Numbered from the stretch's first letter, positions 27,301 through 37,395 are shown. The stretch is DNA of 62,425 bases from a virus (IMGVR_UViG_3300000208_000001:1-62425); one strand, 5' to 3'. The notes: generated by a model from the sequence alone, not told the origin. Translations and numbers: made by a program.

Positions 27301-29919
27301 GTGCCGACGATTGCGCCAGAGCGACAAATCTATGCAGACCTGCTCGTTGGACGCCCTGACGGCGTGACGTGGGAGTCACTGCGCGAGTACCTCGCGTCTG
27401 TGACCGTCGAGCTTGGTGACATCTCCGGCATCGGCACGGGGCAGTCAGGGGTGGATGGTGTAGTCCGTCGCGCGAACTTCGTCCTGCGGAATGACCGCAC
27501 GCTCTCTGTACTCATCTGGCCTGCCGACGGCATTGTGTCCGGCGACCGGGTACTCGCTGGCGACGACACGGTAGACGGCGCGGCGACGGACGGCTCATGG
27601 CTCGCGCGCCTCCTCGATCAGACGCCCGACTACTACGGTGACTCATTTGCGCCGCGGGATCGGTTGAGTGCTTGGAACCAATTCGATGTCGATGGCGACG
27701 GGACGCCAGAGTATGCGCCCCTGCTATGGCCTAACCGAGAGGTCATTCTACTGGTCCGCATCGACGGCCCCGCAGGGCAGGGGACGACCGCCGTAGTCGA
27801 CGATTTCGGCATGGCGGACGGCGCGACCAGGACGTTCGCGTTGTCAAAACGCCCGGTCGCTGAATCGTCGGAGACGGTGACGCAAAAGCTTCCGTATCGC
27901 TGGACGGACTACGCCGACAAGACGTGGGCCGAGCTCACCGACAGAACATGGGTGGATATCAAAGAGGAGCAAGAGCTCGCGCGCGGTGTTGACTACACCA
28001 TCGACTACGAGGCGGGCACTATCACGTTTGCGACGACGCCTGAGGCGGGCGTGTTCCTCGAAGCCATCTACGCGTATTGGGTGACGCTGTTCCACGGCCT
28101 TCTCGGCGACAGCATCCGCACGAGCGGCCCGACGGTCGAATGCGACGCGCGCGACCTCGCGAAGCGGCTGCAGGATACATACATTCTGACGCCTCGCGAG
28201 TACGGCAGCGAGGCCGGGACGCCTGCGGAGGACGTGATCCAGCAGATCATCGACGACAACCTGGGCCCGGGCGAGGTGACGCTCTATTTCCCGAGTGGCA
28301 CGGCGTCCGATCCGCGTCCCATCGCCGAGTCTCCCGGTTTCATGGTGACGCCGTACCAGGTCGAGTACATGAGCGTGTGGGACGCCATTCAGCAGGTCGC
28401 GGCGCAATTCGGCTGGTTTCTGGGCTACCGCTGGCATCCGAACACGGGGCGGATGCAGCTCATTCTGATGGAGCCGCCGCGCAACAAGGACGCGTCGACC
28501 GCCGACTTCTACCTGTCGTGGGAGGACGACATCTACACGCAGGACCTGGAGATCACCGACCGCGACATTCGCAACGTCGTCACCGTCACCTATCGCAACG
28601 CGGCGACGGGCGACCGCGAGAGCGTGACCGTGCAGGACACCGACTCCATCGCCACATACGGCCCGCGCGCCATGCAGATCGAGGAGGGCGACGCGTCGCT
28701 CATCGACACGCCGGAGGAGGCGCAGAGGCTTGCAAATGCGGCGCTCGCCGACCTTAAGGACATGACGGCGACGACGCAGTTGCAAATGCCGCTCCTTCCG
28801 ACGCTCGATGTGTTCAGCGGTATCGTCGTGACCGATCCGCGCCTGTCGAGCACGGACGATTTCTTCGGCGTCGAGACTGTACGACACACACTCGACTTCG
28901 AGGCGCGCCAATTCCGCACGGAGGCCGTCGCTGCCGGACGCGTGATCGGCGGGCATCATCGTTGGCTGCGGATGCAGACGAGGCCGGGGCAAGCGGCGCC
29001 GCCGTCGCCGGAGCGTGTTGTGGGTGGCGGTCGCGTGCTTCCGAAGCCGACAGGTCTTGTGGCGCGCGGTATCCTGCGCGGTGTGGCGCTCGACGTGCCT
29101 GTGCCGCCCGTCAACGTCAATCGCTGGGCTGCGACGGAGGTGCATCTGTCGGAGACGCAAGGGTTCACGCCCTCTGATGCTACCCGAGTGGCAAGCGGGC
29201 GGGAGACGCATTTTGAGATCATGAGCGGCCTGGCAGCAGGGACGACGTACTACCTGCGGGCGTTTTATGTAGATCTCAAGGGCAACAAGAGCCTGGCGAG
29301 CGACGAGGTAAGCGCGTTGGCGGGACACGTTACGCCGATAGACATAAACCCGGCCCGCAACGTCCTGCCCTTCGTTTATGTGGATTCTCTGGACGCGTCG
29401 ACGCCGATGACATGCGTTTTCTATATGCCGCAAAATGTGATCAGCATCAACTCCATCAAGATGCAGATACGCGGTTTGAACTTCCGGGCATATTCCAAGA
29501 GTGCTATCGGCGGTGCCCATGAACACGATGTGATGATGCCATTCCATACCCATAGTGTGAGCGGACAAACAAGCTTGGAGGATGGTAGCAGCGGTCTCCA
29601 CCGTCACTTGATCAATCTGACCACAGGTGGGGCGTTAGGGTTCACGGATACAACAGACGCAACTCCTCATTCCCACGACATCGACTACGGGATTTTCGAG
29701 GACACAGACCCCACCAACGTCAGCTATCGCACCAGCGACAACGACGGGAGCACGTGGGGGAATTGGACCGGGAACTACACAAGCCCCGTATCACAGGTCG
29801 TGGACCTTACGAGTGCCTTTACGACGACCGCAGGATTCAAACGCGTGCAGCTTGATTCGAGTAGACGAGGTCGAATTGCGGTGGTTATCGTGGTCGATGT
29901 GAATGTCACATCTGTGTGA
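27301..29919 (+). CDS. Tail tip/central fibre protein with FN3-like domain
   Basis: Tal-like IRNVVTV region; PTGLVARG...GTTYYLRAFYVDLKGNKS (FN3-like). Confidence 0.7.
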   Translation: MPTIAPERQIYADLLVGRPDGVTWESLREYLASVTVELGDISGIGTGQSGVDGVVRRANFVLRNDRTLSVLIWPADGIVSGDRVLAGDDTVDGAATDGSWLARLLDQTPDYYGDSFAPRDRLSAWNQFDVDGDGTPEYAPLLWPNREVILLVRIDGPAGQGTTAVVDDFGMADGATRTFALSKRPVAESSETVTQKLPYRWTDYADKTWAELTDRTWVDIKEEQELARGVDYTIDYEAGTITFATTPEAGVFLEAIYAYWVTLFHGLLGDSIRTSGPTVECDARDLAKRLQDTYILTPREYGSEAGTPAEDVIQQIIDDNLGPGEVTLYFPSGTASDPRPIAESPGFMVTPYQVEYMSVWDAIQQVAAQFGWFLGYRWHPNTGRMQLILMEPPRNKDASTADFYLSWEDDIYTQDLEITDRDIRNVVTVTYRNAATGDRESVTVQDTDSIATYGPRAMQIEEGDASLIDTPEEAQRLANAALADLKDMTATTQLQMPLLPTLDVFSGIVVTDPRLSSTDDFFGVETVRHTLDFEARQFRTEAVAAGRVIGGHHRWLRMQTRPGQAAPPSPERVVGGGRVLPKPTGLVARGILRGVALDVPVPPVNVNRWAATEVHLSETQGFTPSDATRVASGRETHFEIMSGLAAGTTYYLRAFYVDLKGNKSLASDEVSALAGHVTPIDINPARNVLPFVYVDSLDASTPMTCVFYMPQNVISINSIKMQIRGLNFRAYSKSAIGGAHEHDVMMPFHTHSVSGQTSLEDGSSGLHRHLINLTTGGALGFTDTTDATPHSHDIDYGIFEDTDPTNVSYRTSDNDGSTWGNWTGNYTSPVSQVVDLTSAFTTTAGFKRVQLDSSRRGRIAVVIVVDVNVTSV

Positions 29920-29934
29920 TAGGGAGAGGGAACA

Positions 29935-30159
29935 ATGCAAAGTTGCAGAAAAAACTTCAGTGCGGTATGTGGAGATGGGTGTATCACCATCACAGAGGTT
30001 ACTGAGACAACACGGAGGATTACGTTGGCGGGGATCGAGGGGCATGTGCAGACGTTGCGCCAAACGCGCGAACTCCTCCTTGCGCGCCTGAGTGCGATTG
30101 ACGAGGAAATCGCGCTCCTCGAACAGCATATCCCGCCAAAGAAGACATCGGGGGGATAG
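29935..30159 (+). CDS. Small coiled-coil protein
   Basis: RBS and ATG; heptad-rich C-terminus. Confidence 0.5.
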   Translation: MQSCRKNFSAVCGDGCITITEVTETTRRITLAGIEGHVQTLRQTRELLLARLSAIDEEIALLEQHIPPKKTSGG

Positions 30160-30776
30160 TGGCGATGGGGCGACGACTGCGCGTATTGGTTGCTGGTCTT
30201 TGCGCCGTGATTGCGATGGCGACGGCTGCGAATGCCATGGAAGCGGAGTTTGCGGTCGGGGTTGGCGAGCGTTCGGCGTTATCGGCGCGCTTGGACCGCA
30301 TTTTCTCCACTCTTAATATCGGAGTTTTGATGTACCAAGAGTCCTTGCGAATGTCGTCACCCGGGCCGGATGTTTCTGTCGATCCAATCCGCCACTTGCA
30401 CCAATTGGACGCGGTCTACTACTCTTCTGAGGCTGGCGGGATCGAATGGGCTGCCGGCGTTGCCAGGGTGCATAGGTCGCAGAGGGGAGCGGTTTTCCGC
30501 GATCAGGACAACGACGGCATTGAAGAAAAGCATCAGGTCATCATTCTGCGCGACTCCAAGCTAAGCCCTTACGCGCGCATCGGCGTCACGATCGAAAGCG
30601 GGGGCTGGGTGGCAAGGGGCGAAGTCGAAGCGACCAGTCTGGGAGCAGGCTTTCACATCTTTGGAGGGAGACAACTCGAATACCTGACTCTGGGAATCGG
30701 GTATCGCTCCTTGCCCGATCCCGCATGGAGAAGTGGGGCGTTTGTTGCGGCCACGTTAGACATCTTGAGTTTCTGA
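30159..30776 (+). CDS. Exported, putative outer-membrane beta-barrel protein
   Basis: Signal peptide ending ANA, amphipathic beta strands, terminal Phe. Confidence 0.55.
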   Translation: MAMGRRLRVLVAGLCAVIAMATAANAMEAEFAVGVGERSALSARLDRIFSTLNIGVLMYQESLRMSSPGPDVSVDPIRHLHQLDAVYYSSEAGGIEWAAGVARVHRSQRGAVFRDQDNDGIEEKHQVIILRDSKLSPYARIGVTIESGGWVARGEVEATSLGAGFHIFGGRQLEYLTLGIGYRSLPDPAWRSGAFVAATLDILSF

Positions 30777-30927
30777 TTCGCTAATAGGGTTCCCAATGAT
30801 CGCCGCCGCTCCTCACGGGGCGGCTTTTTCGCGCAAAACGCAAGCCCCCCGGACCATGCTCCGGAGGCTACGCGCTTTCGCCCGCCTCGGCGGGCTTTTT
30901 TCATGCCATCAGCGGGGGCGTGATTCG

Positions 30928-31344
30928 ATGGACGAGCAGCAGACGGGGCTATTGAAGCTGGTCCTTACCCTGGCCGGCACGGCGGCCACCTATCTGTGGG
31001 GAGGAATGGACGCCGTGCTCACGGCTCTGGTGGTCCTGGCATGCATCGACTACGCCAGCGGGTGGGCCGCCGCCTGGGCGGGGCGGCGCCTCTCGTCCGA
31101 GGTGGGGCGCCGGGGGATCGCCCGCAAGGCGGGGATGTTCGCCGTCGTGGCGTTGTGCAACGTGATAGACCAGGTGGGAGGCTTGGGCGATCCGATCCTG
31201 CGGACCATGGCCGCATGGTGGTACATAGGCAACGAGTCGCTCTCAATCGTTGAGAACCTCGGCGAGATCGGGGTACCAATCCCGGGTCGCCTCCGTCAGG
31301 CGCTGGCGGTGCTCCGGGATCGAGAGGAGAGGATGCCGCCGTGA
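30928..31344 (+). CDS. Holin (phage holin family 4)
   Basis: GGMD...IDYASG...SSEVGRRGIARK...NESLSIVENLGEIGVPIP. Confidence 0.9.
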   Translation: MDEQQTGLLKLVLTLAGTAATYLWGGMDAVLTALVVLACIDYASGWAAAWAGRRLSSEVGRRGIARKAGMFAVVALCNVIDQVGGLGDPILRTMAAWWYIGNESLSIVENLGEIGVPIPGRLRQALAVLRDREERMPP

Positions 31345-31444
31345 GACGCGTGCAGTTCGTCGTTCGCCGCATCGCCTCGGCCGTCGCCGAGGCTTTTTCG
31401 CGCTTCGGGCCCGCGGTTCTCGAGGTGTGGGAGAGGGTGGTGCC

Positions 31445-31948
31445 GTGGTGAGTCCGGAGGAGCGTTTCAGGCACGCCGTGGAGGTCGTGCTGCGCCACGA
31501 GGGCGGCTACGTCAACGACCCTGCCGACCCGGGAGGAGAGACCAAGTACGGGATCTCCAAGCGGGCGTATCCGCACCTCGACATCGCGGGCCTCACCCGA
31601 GAGCAAGCGATCGAGATCTACCGCCGGGACTGGTGGGATCGGTACGGCTACGACCGGATCCGGTCGCTGGACGTGGCGACCAAGGTGTTCGACCTGGCCG
31701 TGAACATGGGGCCAGCGGCGGCGCACCGGTGTCTCCAGCGGGCTCTACACGCGTGCGGGTATCGCCTCGTCACGGTCGACGGCGTGATCGGACCGCAGAC
31801 CATCAATGCAGCGAACGCCGTCAGGCCCAAGGCGATGCTCTTGGCCGCGCTCCGGGCGGAGGCGGCCGCCTACTACCGGTCGCTGGCGGAGAGGCGACCG
31901 GAGCTCAAACGGTACGAGCAGGGTTGGCTGAACAGAGCGTACGCGTAG
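31445..31948 (+). CDS. Endolysin, GH108 with peptidoglycan-binding domain
   Basis: HEGGYVNDPADPGGETKYGI; FDLAVNMG; VDGVIGPQT; GWLNRA. Confidence 0.92.
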   Translation: MVSPEERFRHAVEVVLRHEGGYVNDPADPGGETKYGISKRAYPHLDIAGLTREQAIEIYRRDWWDRYGYDRIRSLDVATKVFDLAVNMGPAAAHRCLQRALHACGYRLVTVDGVIGPQTINAANAVRPKAMLLAALRAEAAAYYRSLAERRPELKRYEQGWLNRAYA

Positions 31949-31963
31949 GGAGGATGATCGACC

Positions 31964-32431
31964 ATGATGGACATGTTGACGGGAGCCGTTCAGGAGGTCC
32001 TGGTGACCGTACTGCTAGCGGCGCTGTCGCTCGCCTCGGTCTATGCGGTCTCCTGGATCCGGCGACAGCAGGCGGCGCTGCAGGCCCGCACCGACGCCGA
32101 GCTGGGTGACCGCATGATCGCCCGCGCGGCGGCGCTCGCGGAATCGACGGTGCTGGCGCTGGAGAGCACGGTCGCCAAGAAGGTGCGCGAGGCCGTGAAA
32201 GACGGTCGGGCCGATCGGTCGGAGCTCCTGGCCCTCGGCTCCCAGGCCGTCGACGATGTGCTCCGGCACCTTGGCGAGGAGGGACGGCGGCTACTGGAAG
32301 AACAGGTGGGCGACGTCCGAGATTTCGTGCGGGACCTCGTGGAGGCCCAGGTCGAGCGCCTGAAACAGGGGGCGCTCGTCGCAATCACGGAGCAGGTCGT
32401 CCCAAACTCCTCGGGCCCGGCGGCATCCTAG
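31964..32431 (+). CDS. Membrane-anchored lysis-module protein (LL-H-holin-like)
   Basis: Single N-terminal TM segment followed by a helical domain; follows the lysin. Confidence 0.55.
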   Translation: MMDMLTGAVQEVLVTVLLAALSLASVYAVSWIRRQQAALQARTDAELGDRMIARAAALAESTVLALESTVAKKVREAVKDGRADRSELLALGSQAVDDVLRHLGEEGRRLLEEQVGDVRDFVRDLVEAQVERLKQGALVAITEQVVPNSSGPAAS

Positions 32432-32569
32432 CTGAGCCGGGCTGGGTCAAACTCGTGCGGCCGTTTGTGACGGGGACGGCCGACACGCCCGAAAACCAAG
32501 CGAGAATTCGACATCACATCAGGCGGCGGTGAGCCGCTTATTTTGTGCGGAATGGAGGATATAGACTTG

Positions 32570-32992
32570 ATGGGAGATTATGATCGACTGTTCAGGGACG
32601 CTTTCAGGTCGCTTGTCGTGATGGTCATCATCGCGCTCATTGTGGCCCTTGCGACCGGATTCTTCGTCGGGAGAGCGTGGGGGGCCGAACTCACCGGCTC
32701 CCGCGTGCTCACCATTGAGCGCTCGGACGACGGCGAGCTGTACGCCGCGCTGTCGATTGTGCTCGAGGCGGCGCTATCCGATACGTGGGCGATCGTCGCC
32801 ATGCACGATCAGGCGGCAACGTGGGCCCCGGGGCTCGAGGAGATGATCGAGCGACGCACCGAGTGGGACGTCGCCCTCGCCTGGCGGCCCTTGGGTGGTT
32901 GGTCGATCAGCGCCGGCCGGCGGTGGCGCGTGGGGCTGCCTCCGGATTACGGAGGGCCATGGACGTACGTGCAGGTGTGGTATGCGTTGTAG
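32570..32992 (+). CDS. N-terminal TM/signal segment plus beta-rich domain, possibly an outer-membrane protein
   Basis: Hydrophobic helix, then Trp-rich amphipathic strands ending YVQVWYAL. Confidence 0.5.
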   Translation: MGDYDRLFRDAFRSLVVMVIIALIVALATGFFVGRAWGAELTGSRVLTIERSDDGELYAALSIVLEAALSDTWAIVAMHDQAATWAPGLEEMIERRTEWDVALAWRPLGGWSISAGRRWRVGLPPDYGGPWTYVQVWYAL

Positions 32993-33107
32993 TATTGGAC
33001 CGTTACCTCAGGCGCGAAGCTGCGAATTTGTTAAGTTCGGAAGGATTTCTCTGGTAATTGTCAAAACTGCTGTTCGCAATCTCGTTATCCTGGGGTGGGG
33101 GGTCAAC

Positions 33108-34238
33108 GTGAACAGGCCTGAAGACTTGATTTTCCCGCACGATACAATTCGACTTCCCAAGAGTGTGCTTGCAGACCTTTGTCGAGAATACGAGCTTGAG
33201 GTTGGGTCGGACAATCTGGGGGGGTATAATCAAGCTATCTGGAGATACATTAACTCGACAAATGACCAAGGTCCCCTATCTCTCGTGTTGAACCGAATTT
33301 TCGCGGGTCAGATTGCCGTCGTATGGTTCAGACCAAGCGATCCTGGTTTAGTACGTCGGGCCGCTGAGATGTTGCGCAGGGGACGGACGAACTACTTCGA
33401 ACACGTAATAAACATCCCGGCCGAAGAGATGGACGAGGATCGCGCCTACGTCGTCGGAGCCGCTCGGGCAACTTTAGCGGGAGAAACGGTCGAGTTAGTC
33501 CGACTTCGAACGAGGTCCGGGCTGACGAGAGAGTCTGACGGGATTGAGGTATACTGGCGGCCGACTATTTCCACAGCGACGATGATCTTTAACACCGAGG
33601 GAGGATACATCGAACTTAGGTCAAACAGTGCCAGTGTGCCCCGTGTGTTAGATCGAATCGAACCAATAATTGGGATTCCCGAAACCGTACTTAAACCGCA
33701 GCTAATTGCGCCGTTTGCGGAGAATCTCGAACAGGTTGCGGACGCACTTGGAGGTACCGCTATCAGGGCGGATAGCAGGCCTGACGCTTTTCTCAGACGT
33801 ATCACACCCGAGCAAGTACAGGCCGTAATGGGCATATTGGACGCGGTGTCCTCCGCACTTCGTGATCCCGACGCCATTGACCTTGAAGACGAGATCGATC
33901 AGTTCCGTGAACGCCTTGTTGGCGACGTAGATCTCACCGCGGTGCCACTTTCGGTCCTTATGTTGGCGGGATTCCAGCAAATCGGCGTTACGGCCGATTC
34001 TGGTCGTGATGTTCGAGAAGCTGCCTTTTATCAGCTCATGCGCGAAAGTGTTCACCATCATGGAGGATATATAAGCTTCCCGGTTACGGAGGACGACGGG
34101 TCTCGAAGGGATCACACGATCCGTCTTGGCGCAACAACAAATAGTGTTGCGTTCAGCACAAAAGCAACCGAAGCCGCAATTCGCACAGTTCGGCGTGTGC
34201 TTTTCGATCTCGACGAGGAGAATCGAGAGGCGATTTAA
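33108..34238 (+). CDS. Moron gene A, unknown function
   Basis: Long ORF with lower GC than flanks; GTG start after a G-rich RBS. Confidence 0.7.
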   Translation: MNRPEDLIFPHDTIRLPKSVLADLCREYELEVGSDNLGGYNQAIWRYINSTNDQGPLSLVLNRIFAGQIAVVWFRPSDPGLVRRAAEMLRRGRTNYFEHVINIPAEEMDEDRAYVVGAARATLAGETVELVRLRTRSGLTRESDGIEVYWRPTISTATMIFNTEGGYIELRSNSASVPRVLDRIEPIIGIPETVLKPQLIAPFAENLEQVADALGGTAIRADSRPDAFLRRITPEQVQAVMGILDAVSSALRDPDAIDLEDEIDQFRERLVGDVDLTAVPLSVLMLAGFQQIGVTADSGRDVREAAFYQLMRESVHHHGGYISFPVTEDDGSRRDHTIRLGATTNSVAFSTKATEAAIRTVRRVLFDLDEENREAI

Positions 34239-34240
34239 TT

Positions 34241-34951
34241 ATGCGAATCAACGACGTTGACGACTGGGTCCAGTCTGTCGGGCTCATTGTCGACCGATTT
34301 TACCCTATGGCAGCCGCCAAGGCTACTGGCCTTCCATTGGTGGCGGTCTTTCGCCAGCTCGTTGGGCTCTCGCACATTGGTTGGCTGGAATTGGCCTACG
34401 AAGTGCGGTGCAACGCGTGCAATGTGTCAATTGCAATTGAAAAAGTTGTTGATCCGACTACTCTGTACGAGAACGATTACTCGTGCCATCTGTGCGGCGA
34501 CGAAGTTGAGATCACAGCAGAGAATGTATTCCCCATCTTTCTCGTTCGTGAGGAGTGGAGCTCTGGTCTAAAAAAAGCGCCCGCCGCCAATGGGCGGATA
34601 ACCTCTCCCATTGGCGGCGAGCCCGCTTCTCTAGGTCACCTTAACCTTGATACAGGCATCAGATGGTCCGATGCGTTACTCCCAGGCGAACACATCGAGA
34701 CACTTCGCGAGATCGCACGGATCTCTCCGGAGATAAAGAAGCTGGTGGACGTCCTCGAAGGGAAGTTTCCAGGGAACTCAGGTGAGAGGAGAAGCAAGCT
34801 CGCAACCATCAAGGAGATTGGAGAGACTGCAGATGTGTGGGCGGACGTCTTCATGAAGGCTGGCGTGGCCGCCGCTCCGTATATATTGGCCAGCTGGCCG
34901 GCGGTTCAAGCATCCATCTTACGAGCCCTATCAGCAATCGGAGTGATTTGA
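34241..34951 (+). CDS. Moron gene B: wHTH plus Zn-ribbon with hydrophobic C-terminal tail
   Basis: FYPMAAAKATG (wHTH-like), CNAC...CHLC; starts 2 bp after gene A stop. Confidence 0.7.
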   Translation: MRINDVDDWVQSVGLIVDRFYPMAAAKATGLPLVAVFRQLVGLSHIGWLELAYEVRCNACNVSIAIEKVVDPTTLYENDYSCHLCGDEVEITAENVFPIFLVREEWSSGLKKAPAANGRITSPIGGEPASLGHLNLDTGIRWSDALLPGEHIETLREIARISPEIKKLVDVLEGKFPGNSGERRSKLATIKEIGETADVWADVFMKAGVAAAPYILASWPAVQASILRALSAIGVI

Positions 34952-35133
34952 TTTAATCAAACCTCCGGCCGCGCCGATCCCCAGCGGCCGGCTTCTTGTC
35001 CCGGTCCGAGAGCAGCGTCAACTCGCCTCCGTCTTGCCGCGCTCAGTGGTTATGCGGACAGGGCGAGTATCGGTCGACTTCGTGTCAGCAACGAACGCGA
35101 GTCGCGACAACCACGGGAACCAACCAAGAACTA

Positions 35134-35469
35134 CTAGTCCAGGTTGATCTCTTCCCCTGACCGGAGCTTCTCGACTTCGACAAGCATGATCTTGGACGAA
35201 GCGTTCCACACATTCAGCCGTTCCGCGGGAGGACCAAGGGTGTTGCGCTCGTCTTTAATCTTGGTGGCGCACAGGGCTATGCCCGCGAGTTCCTCCGTCC
35301 AGCCTCTCTCGAAGGTTTGGTTCAGGAAGGTAGCAATCGTGGAGCGGCCGCATCCCACTTCATGCTCACTGGTTCGGTCGCCAATGCGAAGACGAAATCG
35401 GTGTGTGACGCCGTCTTGGTCGGCGGGACTTGTCTCGCCAATCCACTTCAGACGCCAGTCGGGGCGCAT
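35134..35469 (-). CDS. Hypothetical protein
   Basis: GGAGG RBS and ATG; 111 aa. Confidence 0.55.
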   Translation of the reverse strand: MRPDWRLKWIGETSPADQDGVTHRFRLRIGDRTSEHEVGCGRSTIATFLNQTFERGWTEELAGIALCATKIKDERNTLGPPAERLNVWNASSKIMLVEVEKLRSGEEINLD

Positions 35470-35627
35470 GTGGTCCGAGCCTCCTTAAGCGACATCCATC
35501 ACAGCCGGCAACAGCTCTCAATTGGTGCTCCCCTTTGATGCTGTTTTCCTGGCCCTCCACCAATTCCTGCACTTTGTTGCGACTGTCCCCAGATACTGAC
35601 TACTTGCGATCGTGCTACAATGTGCCC

Positions 35628-35835
35628 ATGGACCTACCGTCCGCGAAGCTCCGCATGCTCAACCAACCCCGCCCAATCCGCGTCCAGTCCGACGCCCAGG
35701 GCCGCCCCATTGCTGTGCGCACCCGGAGCATGGCGCACCGCGTCGCCCGGATCGCTGACCAATGGCGATTGGATGACGAGTGGTGGCGGGAGGAGCCGAT
35801 CAGCCGCATGTACTTCGACGTGGAACTGGTGGGCA
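35628..35835 (+). pseudogene. DUF6504-like (ImuB C-terminal-like) 5' gene fragment next to the integrase
   Basis: LNQPRPIRV...VARIADQWRLDDEWW...RMYFDV; similarity ends about 35835 and the frame runs on antisense to the integrase. Confidence 0.5.
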
Positions 35836-35887
35836 AGGCCGAAACTTATGAAATTGGGTCCCGTCATGGGCACGAGGGGGGCAAATG

Positions 35888-37387
35888 TTATACGTTTATC
35901 CTCGCCCATCGTGCGGGCAGTCGGCTCGTCGCAGGCGGCAGATGCGGGTCGGTCCAATGGATCGCCACGTCCTCACCCGCCACCACGAGACGCTTCGCGA
36001 GGATGCGGATTCCCTCCCGCTTCTCCTCGACGGTCATCGCGTTCCAGTTGGACGCCACATTCCGCATCAGCGCCCGCGTGACCTCCGGCGAGGTGGCGCG
36101 GGCGTCCTCTTCGGCTTGCTCCAGGCGACGCATCTCGGCCTCTATCTGCTGTCTCTCGCGGTTAAGTTGGGCTAAACGTGGCCTGATGGTGGCGGCAAGT
36201 TCGCCCTCCTCCAGCGCCGTCACGAGGTTGTCGATGCGCCGCAGGATGCTCGACCTCTGCCCTTCGAGCCGTGCGAGGGTGTCTGCTGCGGACGGCCGCG
36301 CCTTCGCGTGGGCTGCGCGCGCCTTCTCTGCGGCCGTCCAGAATGATGGCGTGTCCACGACGCGTTGGAGTTGGGCGAGAAACACAAACTCTAGCGCCTC
36401 ATGTCGTACCGGACGCTGATCGCAGCGATGGTCGACGTGGCGACGGTCGCAACGGTAGTACATGCGATACGGTTCATTGGGGCCGCCGCCTCCCGATCCG
36501 GCGAGGCGCATGGCGTTCTCGCACCGGCCGCATACCACGAGGCGCGAGAACAGGTGCCCGCTGCGGTTCCGGGGGCCAGTCCCCAGGGTGTTGCGCTTTC
36601 GAACCTCTACAGCCCTCCAGAACGCCTCCTCGTCAATGATCGCCTCGTGGTCCCCGGGCGCGATGATCCAGTCGTCCATCTTCTCGACGGAGATGTGATT
36701 GCTGCCCCGACGTTTCGTATAGGCGATTTTGCCGGTGTAGGTGGGATTGAGGAGGATGCGCCGCACCCGGTTCGCGGACATCCCCACTCTGCGGGCAATC
36801 GCAACGTCGCCGTATTGCCCGGTGAGGTAGAGCCGAAATATCTCCCGTACCACATCGGCCTCCTCGGGCACGACCACGAGGCGGGCGTTGGCACGTTCTC
36901 CGACTTTGCGATAACCGAACGGCGGCTCCCATCCGAGGTAGCGCCCGCCCGCCGCGAGGCGCCTCTTGCCTTCGGTCGACCGTTCGGCGATCAACTCTCG
37001 CTCGAAATTCGCAAAGTCAATGAGGATGTTGCGGAGGAGCCGCCCGGTGGGAGACGACGTGTCGATGTTCTGAGTCACACTTACGATAGCGACGCCCTTC
37101 GACTCCAACTCGTCGGCCAGCTCGTGGAAGTCCCGCACCGAGCGCGTGAGGCGGTCGAGTTTGTAGACTAGGACGGCCTGGAAACGGCCCCGCTTCGCAT
37201 CCTCCATCATGCGCTGAAACGCAGGGCGGTCGGTGGTGCTACCCGAGAGTCCTGCGTCTTCGTAGCGTTCGACGACCTCCCAGCCTTGAGAAGCGGCATA
37301 GGCGCGCAGGCGCTCCTCCTGAAGTTGGAGGGAGATGCCATCTACTTGCACGGAGGATGAGACGCGAAGGTAGATGCAGACGTTCAT
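35888..37387 (-). CDS. Large serine integrase
   Basis: YLRVSS, EDAGLSG, KLDRLTRS, PPFGY, NPTYTG, HEAII, Zn-ribbon and coiled coil. Confidence 0.95.
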   Translation of the reverse strand: MNVCIYLRVSSSVQVDGISLQLQEERLRAYAASQGWEVVERYEDAGLSGSTTDRPAFQRMMEDAKRGRFQAVLVYKLDRLTRSVRDFHELADELESKGVAIVSVTQNIDTSSPTGRLLRNILIDFANFERELIAERSTEGKRRLAAGGRYLGWEPPFGYRKVGERANARLVVVPEEADVVREIFRLYLTGQYGDVAIARRVGMSANRVRRILLNPTYTGKIAYTKRRGSNHISVEKMDDWIIAPGDHEAIIDEEAFWRAVEVRKRNTLGTGPRNRSGHLFSRLVVCGRCENAMRLAGSGGGGPNEPYRMYYRCDRRHVDHRCDQRPVRHEALEFVFLAQLQRVVDTPSFWTAAEKARAAHAKARPSAADTLARLEGQRSSILRRIDNLVTALEEGELAATIRPRLAQLNRERQQIEAEMRRLEQAEEDARATSPEVTRALMRNVASNWNAMTVEEKREGIRILAKRLVVAGEDVAIHWTDPHLPPATSRLPARWARINV

Positions 37388-37395
37388 TGGATCAC

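Noticed and set aside
24464-29919. Diversity-generating retroelement or invertible tail-fibre cassette
   Set aside because: No reverse transcriptase, no TR/VR pair and no inverted fibre copies seen.
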